Shown one piece after another: positions 59,421-64,000 of a stretch of DNA of 64,000 nucleotides (position 1 is the first letter of the stretch; the number at the start of each line of letters is the position of its first letter). Location of the stretch: the NCBI GenBank assembly GCA_049513715.1, contig JBEKVV010000002.1, positions 256,001-320,000 of the forward strand, in the 5' to 3' direction. This DNA is from Candidatus Bathyarchaeia archaeon (GTDB taxonomy: Archaea > Thermoproteota > Bathyarchaeia > 40CM-2-53-6). Under the pieces are notes generated by a model, which saw nothing but the letters and a program-made list of their open reading frames with translations, searched no databases and had not been told where the DNA came from. A program made the position numbers and the translations under genes.

Positions 59421-61784
59421 TTATTCTGAATCTTCCTTGCACTGTTTTCTTGCCGCGTCGAGCAGAACTCTCTGCTCAACCTGCGCAACGAGCCTTCGAG
59501 TGTGAACTATCACGTCCGGGTTTACTGATACACTGTCTATGCCCGCGTACACTAGGAACTTCGCAAAATCAGGGTAGACGCTAGGTGCTTGGCCGCAGAT
59601 GCTGACGGTCTTTCCGAATTTGTGGGCTGTTTGTATCAGGTCTTTGATTGCACGCTTCACTGCTAGGTTGCGTTCGTCGAATAGAGGTGCAAGAGCCTCG
59701 TTGTCCCTATCGGCCCCAAGTATGAGCATGGTTAGGTCGTTGCTGCCTATCGAGAACCCGTCTACTCCGGCCTTGCAGAATTCGTCAGCTAGGATGATGT
59801 TGCTGGGGATTTCGGCCATGATCCAGAGTTTGAAATCCTCCGATTGCACCAAGCCTTCTTGACGGAGTAGTTCGCGGATTTTCGTGAATTCGTCTACGGT
59901 TCGATTGAAAGGAATCATGCACCACAGGTTCTTCATTCCCATCTCGTTTCTGACTTTCTTAACAGCGGCGATTTCCAGTCTGAAGGCTGGTTCGAATCTT
60001 GGGTCTGTATAGCGGCTTGCCCCACGCCAGCCGATCAATGGATTAGCCTCTTTTATGCCGCCCTCATACTTTTCTCCGCCCTCGAGTTTGGCATACTCGT
60101 TGGTCTTGAAGTCACTGAATCGTAGCACGACTGGCCTCGGGTAGAATGCTCTGCAGATCGTTTCGAGGCCAGCCGCGAGTTTGTTCACGAATTCTTCCGG
60201 ATGCTTGTTTTCGATGAGCATCAGCGGATGTTTCTTGACGTGGTCACTTACGATGAACTCCATTCGCAGTAGGCCAACTCCGTCGACAGGCAGCTGGGAA
60301 ATTCTGTTGGCTAACTCGGGCTCGCCAAGGTTGACGAAGATTTTTGTTCCAGTCACGGTTGGGTCTACGAAACCCGCTAACCCGTCCTTCGTGGCTTGTT
60401 GGGCTTCGGCCTTGGGAGTCTCCAAAACGATGCCCTGATACACTACGCCCATCTTAGCGTCGACTGTGACTTCTTGACCGGTCTCGATGGTCTTTGTGCC
60501 AATCTTAGTTCCTGTAATGCATGGGATGCCGAGTTCGCGGCTGACGATAGCTGCGTGACAGGTCATTCCACCTGCATCCGTGACAATGGCTCTGGCTTTC
60601 TTCATTGTCGGAACCCAGTCAGGCGTAGTCATCTCAGTAACAAGTATCTCGCCGCTCTGGAACTCGCTCACGTGGTCAACGGACAAAATCACATGTGCCT
60701 TACCCGACCCAAGCCCGGGTGATGATGGTAGACCTTTGAGCAGAATCTTCTTCTCAGTCGTGACAGCAGCCGTTTTTTCGATTGGGCTTTTCTTCAAAGA
60801 CCAAACCGTTTCGGGTCTCGCCTGAAGTATCAGGAGTTTTCCTGTCTGCTTGTCAACGCCCCATTCGATGTCCATCACACGCCCGTAATGCTGTTCAATG
60901 GTCAGTGCATACTTGGCAAGTTCTGAGACTTGCTCATCTGTGATTACTTGGCGGTCCTTCAGCTCATCGGGGACATTCTTTTCTTCAGTTCCGCCATCGG
61001 GTTTCCGAACGAGCATGATGGTCTTGCTGGGGATGGTTTTGCGGATAATTTTCAACGTGCCCTTATCTACGTAATAGTCGTCGGGGGTGACGCTTCCTTT
61101 GACAACATATTCTCCCAATCCGTAAGATGCTTCCACCAATACGAGAGAATCGTCGCCGTTCGTCGGGTCCATAGTGAACATGACTCCGCTGGAATCTGAG
61201 AAGCACATCATTTGCACAATCGCTGAGAGGGCTACGTCCATGTGATTGAAGCCTTTTTGTACTCTATAGAAGATTGCGCGGTCAGTGAATAGGCTCGCGT
61301 AGCATTCTTTCACGCTCTGAATCACGTTATCTGCTCCAGTTATGTTCAGGTAAGTTTCTTGTTGACCTGCGAAGCTTGCGTTCGGCAAATCTTCTGCAGT
61401 AGCAGAGCTTCTGATTGCGACGAACGGGTTCTTCACTTTCTCATGGGCGGCCAGTTGCTGATAGGATTCCGCGATAAGCTTCTCAAGGGTCCGTGGAACG
61501 GGTGCCGAAGTTATCATTTTCCTGATTTCAGCACCAACCTTCTGAAGAGTCGCGGTATCATTGAGGTCCTTCAGTCGACCTAGTGAGTTTGCGATTTTCT
61601 CTTCCAGCTTGTTCTCCTTGAGAAAGAGCCTGTACGCATCCGCGGTCAGGGCGAAGCCATATGGTACTGGAATCCTTGTTTTGGAGGTCATCTCCCCCAA
61701 GCTCGCTGATTTGCCGCCCACGAGTGGGACGTCTTGTCTTCCAATCTGGTCGAACCAGAGCATCAGAGCACCCATAGTTATCAC
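59421..61784 (-). CDS. ppsA: Phosphoenolpyruvate synthase (pyruvate, water dikinase)
   Basis: GGKSASLGEM, RSSATAED, QARPET, GGMTCHAAI, SIGSNDL. Confidence 0.97.
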   Translation of the reverse strand: MITMGALMLWFDQIGRQDVPLVGGKSASLGEMTSKTRIPVPYGFALTADAYRLFLKENKLEEKIANSLGRLKDLNDTATLQKVGAEIRKMITSAPVPRTLEKLIAESYQQLAAHEKVKNPFVAIRSSATAEDLPNASFAGQQETYLNITGADNVIQSVKECYASLFTDRAIFYRVQKGFNHMDVALSAIVQMMCFSDSSGVMFTMDPTNGDDSLVLVEASYGLGEYVVKGSVTPDDYYVDKGTLKIIRKTIPSKTIMLVRKPDGGTEEKNVPDELKDRQVITDEQVSELAKYALTIEQHYGRVMDIEWGVDKQTGKLLILQARPETVWSLKKSPIEKTAAVTTEKKILLKGLPSSPGLGSGKAHVILSVDHVSEFQSGEILVTEMTTPDWVPTMKKARAIVTDAGGMTCHAAIVSRELGIPCITGTKIGTKTIETGQEVTVDAKMGVVYQGIVLETPKAEAQQATKDGLAGFVDPTVTGTKIFVNLGEPELANRISQLPVDGVGLLRMEFIVSDHVKKHPLMLIENKHPEEFVNKLAAGLETICRAFYPRPVVLRFSDFKTNEYAKLEGGEKYEGGIKEANPLIGWRGASRYTDPRFEPAFRLEIAAVKKVRNEMGMKNLWCMIPFNRTVDEFTKIRELLRQEGLVQSEDFKLWIMAEIPSNIILADEFCKAGVDGFSIGSNDLTMLILGADRDNEALAPLFDERNLAVKRAIKDLIQTAHKFGKTVSICGQAPSVYPDFAKFLVYAGIDSVSVNPDVIVHTRRLVAQVEQRVLLDAARKQCKEDSE

Positions 61785-62313
61785 ATTCTCCTTTCGCCGC
61801 GTTCCGCCGTACTACTTTTTGTAGAAAACCATTGGAATAAGTAATATCTATCTATGGTATATACACCCTCTTACGAAGTCGAAGAATTCTCAGTAGCGAG
61901 TTCCCTGCACTTCGACTTCTGTGTTACACGTCTCCCGAGGTTTGTAGCGCCTTGTATCAAGGCTTTGATATTCGTTGGTGCGTTCCCCAGTAGTTGCCGA
62001 GCTGTTTACAAGAAACCGATTCAACGCGCACAGCGAAAGCGGAACGTTGGAAAGAAAGGTTGAAACAAGGCACGTGTTGTCCCTGGTACCATTTCAAGAA
62101 CAACTTCAAGCGCATGTGAACGAAAATTGCCCCTACTACAGCGGTCGAGAAGGCACGAAAAAACATGCTCAAGCGTTTGGTTTCACCGTTCCCAGGTTTT
62201 GATGGTTATTTGAACAATCACCGTTGCCGAACAGCCACAAACAGCAATATTACGAACTAAATCTAGTGGGGGCGGCTCTGGTTAGGGGCCTTTGAATTTG
62301 GAGGAGAAGTAAG

Positions 62314-64000
62314 CTGTACGTTTACCTTTTCGATGAGGGCAACACGAGGCTGAGGGGCCTCTTGGGTGGCAAAGGCGCTGATCTGGCGGAGATGACGGGC
62401 CTAGGCCTGCCCGTCCCACCCGGACTGACCGTTACCACAGAGGCGTGCAACCATTACAGTTCCCACGGGTTCAAGTTTCCTGAAGGCCTGGAAGAAGAAA
62501 TCGCTTCGAAGATGAAAGTCATAGAGTCCAAGACAGGTAGGGTCTTCGGGTCAGCTGAGAACCCACTCTTGGTATCTGTTCGATCAGGGGCACCCATCTC
62601 CATGCCCGGAATGATGGACACCGTGCTCAATCTCGGCCTGAACGACAAGACCGTGCAAGGGCTGATTGCTCAAACGAAGAATGAGCGCTTCGCCTACGAT
62701 TCCTACAGACGCTTCGTTCAGATGTTTGGCAAAGTCGTCCTCGGCATAAAAGGGGAAAAGTTCGAGGCGATCATTCAGAAACACAAACAGAGTCTGAACC
62801 TCAAGTTAGATACTGAGCTTGACGCACACACTCTTCTCGCAATCGTACAAGAGTTCAAGCAAATCGTGAAAGAAGAAACCCAGAGCGAGTTTCCTGCAGA
62901 TCCTTTGACCCAACTGCATTTGGCAGTGGCAGCAGTCTTCCAATCATGGAATGGTAACCGGGCTGTCGTCTATCGCCAAGCGAACAGGATTTCAGACACG
63001 TTGGGAACAGCAGTCAACATTCAGGCCATGGTATTCGGGAACATCGGGCCAAATTCGGGGACTGGGGTTTGTTTTACGAGGAATCCCTCAACAGGCGAAC
63101 CGACACTATTCGGGGAATTTCTGATCAACGCCCAAGGCGAAGACGTTGTATCAGGAGCTCGGACACCTCAACCTATTTCCCAGCTCCTGGACGAAATGCC
63201 TGACGCATATTCGAAACTAATCGGTGCCTGTAAGCTCCTTGAGCAACATTTCAAGGACATGCAAGATATTGAGTTCACCATTGAGAGAGGAAAGCTGTTC
63301 CTCCTTCAGACCCGTTCGGGAAAGCGTACGGCTTCTGCTGCGATGAGAATTGCCGTTGACATGGTAAAGGAGGGGTTGTTCACTAAGGAAACGGCGTTGC
63401 TTCGAGTGCAACCTCCGCAGGTGGATCAACTCGTCCACCCGCAGATAGATCCGTCCCATCATGGACGACCGATTGCCACGGGCCTGCCAGCCTCGCCGGG
63501 GGCTGCAACGGGGAAGGTTATCTTCGATACAGATGAAGCCCACAGGCTCGGGTCCAGCGGGGAAGCTGTCATTCTCGTCAGGGAAGAAACGACGCCCGAA
63601 GATATACATGGAATGATCGCGGCAAAAGGAATGCTGACCTCCAGAGGAGGGATGACGTCTCATGCTGCAGTTGTGGCTCGCGGCATGGGCAAGCCTGCCG
63701 TCGTGGGTTGCGAACAGGTCAAGATTGATTTGGGCAGTGAGACGTTCAGCACCCGAAAAGTCACTGTGAAGAAGAATGATGTCATAACGATTGACGGTAC
63801 CACAGGTAACGTGCTCTTGGGTGCCGTGCCGACTATTGCCCCCAAACTGAGCGGGGAAGCCCAACAAATATTGAAGTGGGCTGATGAGACCCGTAGGCTA
63901 GGGGTTAGGGCCAACGCTGACACCCCTGATGGTGCCGCCCAGGCGATTCAGTTCGGCGCTGGAGGAATCGGCCTCTGCAGAACCGAGCGCATGTTCAACG
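62314..64000 (+). CDS. ppdK: Pyruvate, phosphate dikinase (3' end beyond the window)
   Basis: YVYLFDEG...GGKGADLAEM, SVRSGA..SMPGMMDTVLNLG, AQGEDVV, GGMTSHAAVVARG, GLCRTE; open to the window end; absent from the ORF track. Confidence 0.96.
   Translation, partial: MYVYLFDEGNTRLRGLLGGKGADLAEMTGLGLPVPPGLTVTTEACNHYSSHGFKFPEGLEEEIASKMKVIESKTGRVFGSAENPLLVSVRSGAPISMPGMMDTVLNLGLNDKTVQGLIAQTKNERFAYDSYRRFVQMFGKVVLGIKGEKFEAIIQKHKQSLNLKLDTELDAHTLLAIVQEFKQIVKEETQSEFPADPLTQLHLAVAAVFQSWNGNRAVVYRQANRISDTLGTAVNIQAMVFGNIGPNSGTGVCFTRNPSTGEPTLFGEFLINAQGEDVVSGARTPQPISQLLDEMPDAYSKLIGACKLLEQHFKDMQDIEFTIERGKLFLLQTRSGKRTASAAMRIAVDMVKEGLFTKETALLRVQPPQVDQLVHPQIDPSHHGRPIATGLPASPGAATGKVIFDTDEAHRLGSSGEAVILVREETTPEDIHGMIAAKGMLTSRGGMTSHAAVVARGMGKPAVVGCEQVKIDLGSETFSTRKVTVKKNDVITIDGTTGNVLLGAVPTIAPKLSGEAQQILKWADETRRLGVRANADTPDGAAQAIQFGAGGIGLCRTERMFN

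Noticed and set aside
61854..62202. Short ORFs between ppsA and ppdK
   Set aside because: No recognisable domain; probably regulatory or decayed sequence.
63217..63867. 216-aa minus-strand ORF
   Set aside because: Antisense shadow of ppdK.

Overview
Chromosomal window of an archaeon, most likely Thermoproteota/TACK and probably Bathyarchaeia. That placement is an inference from TFE, DUF2110, aTrm56, aMBF1, NAC, A-type ATPase, form III RuBisCO, a tRNA with non-canonical BHB introns and many zinc-ribbon-tailed membrane proteins. Housekeeping genes (dnaK-dnaJ, atpABD, guaA, ilvE, htpX, ppsA/ppdK) alternate with accessory surface-protein genes and decayed fragments. Highlights: (1) a ribose-to-RuBisCO cluster (prs - R15P isomerase - form III rbcL - HAD, facing ribokinase - APC permease, plus an internally deleted nucleoside hydrolase) with no AMP phosphorylase in the window; (2) a non-coding family of paired GGTG-N4/5-CACC dyads with 20-22 bp periodicity at three loci; (3) tRNA-Val(UAC) with two BHB introns (22/23 and 59/60), whose 3' exon is duplicated 1.9 kb downstream as an att-like scar; (4) receptor-like membrane proteins with cytoplasmic FecR-like or degenerate KaiC/RecA domains, and Tyr-rich surface proteins; (5) features missing from the ORF track: ppdK (possible CTG start), a 56-aa Zn finger and several pseudogenes. 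No CRISPR array or rRNA was seen. All product calls come from motif recognition by eye, not database searches.
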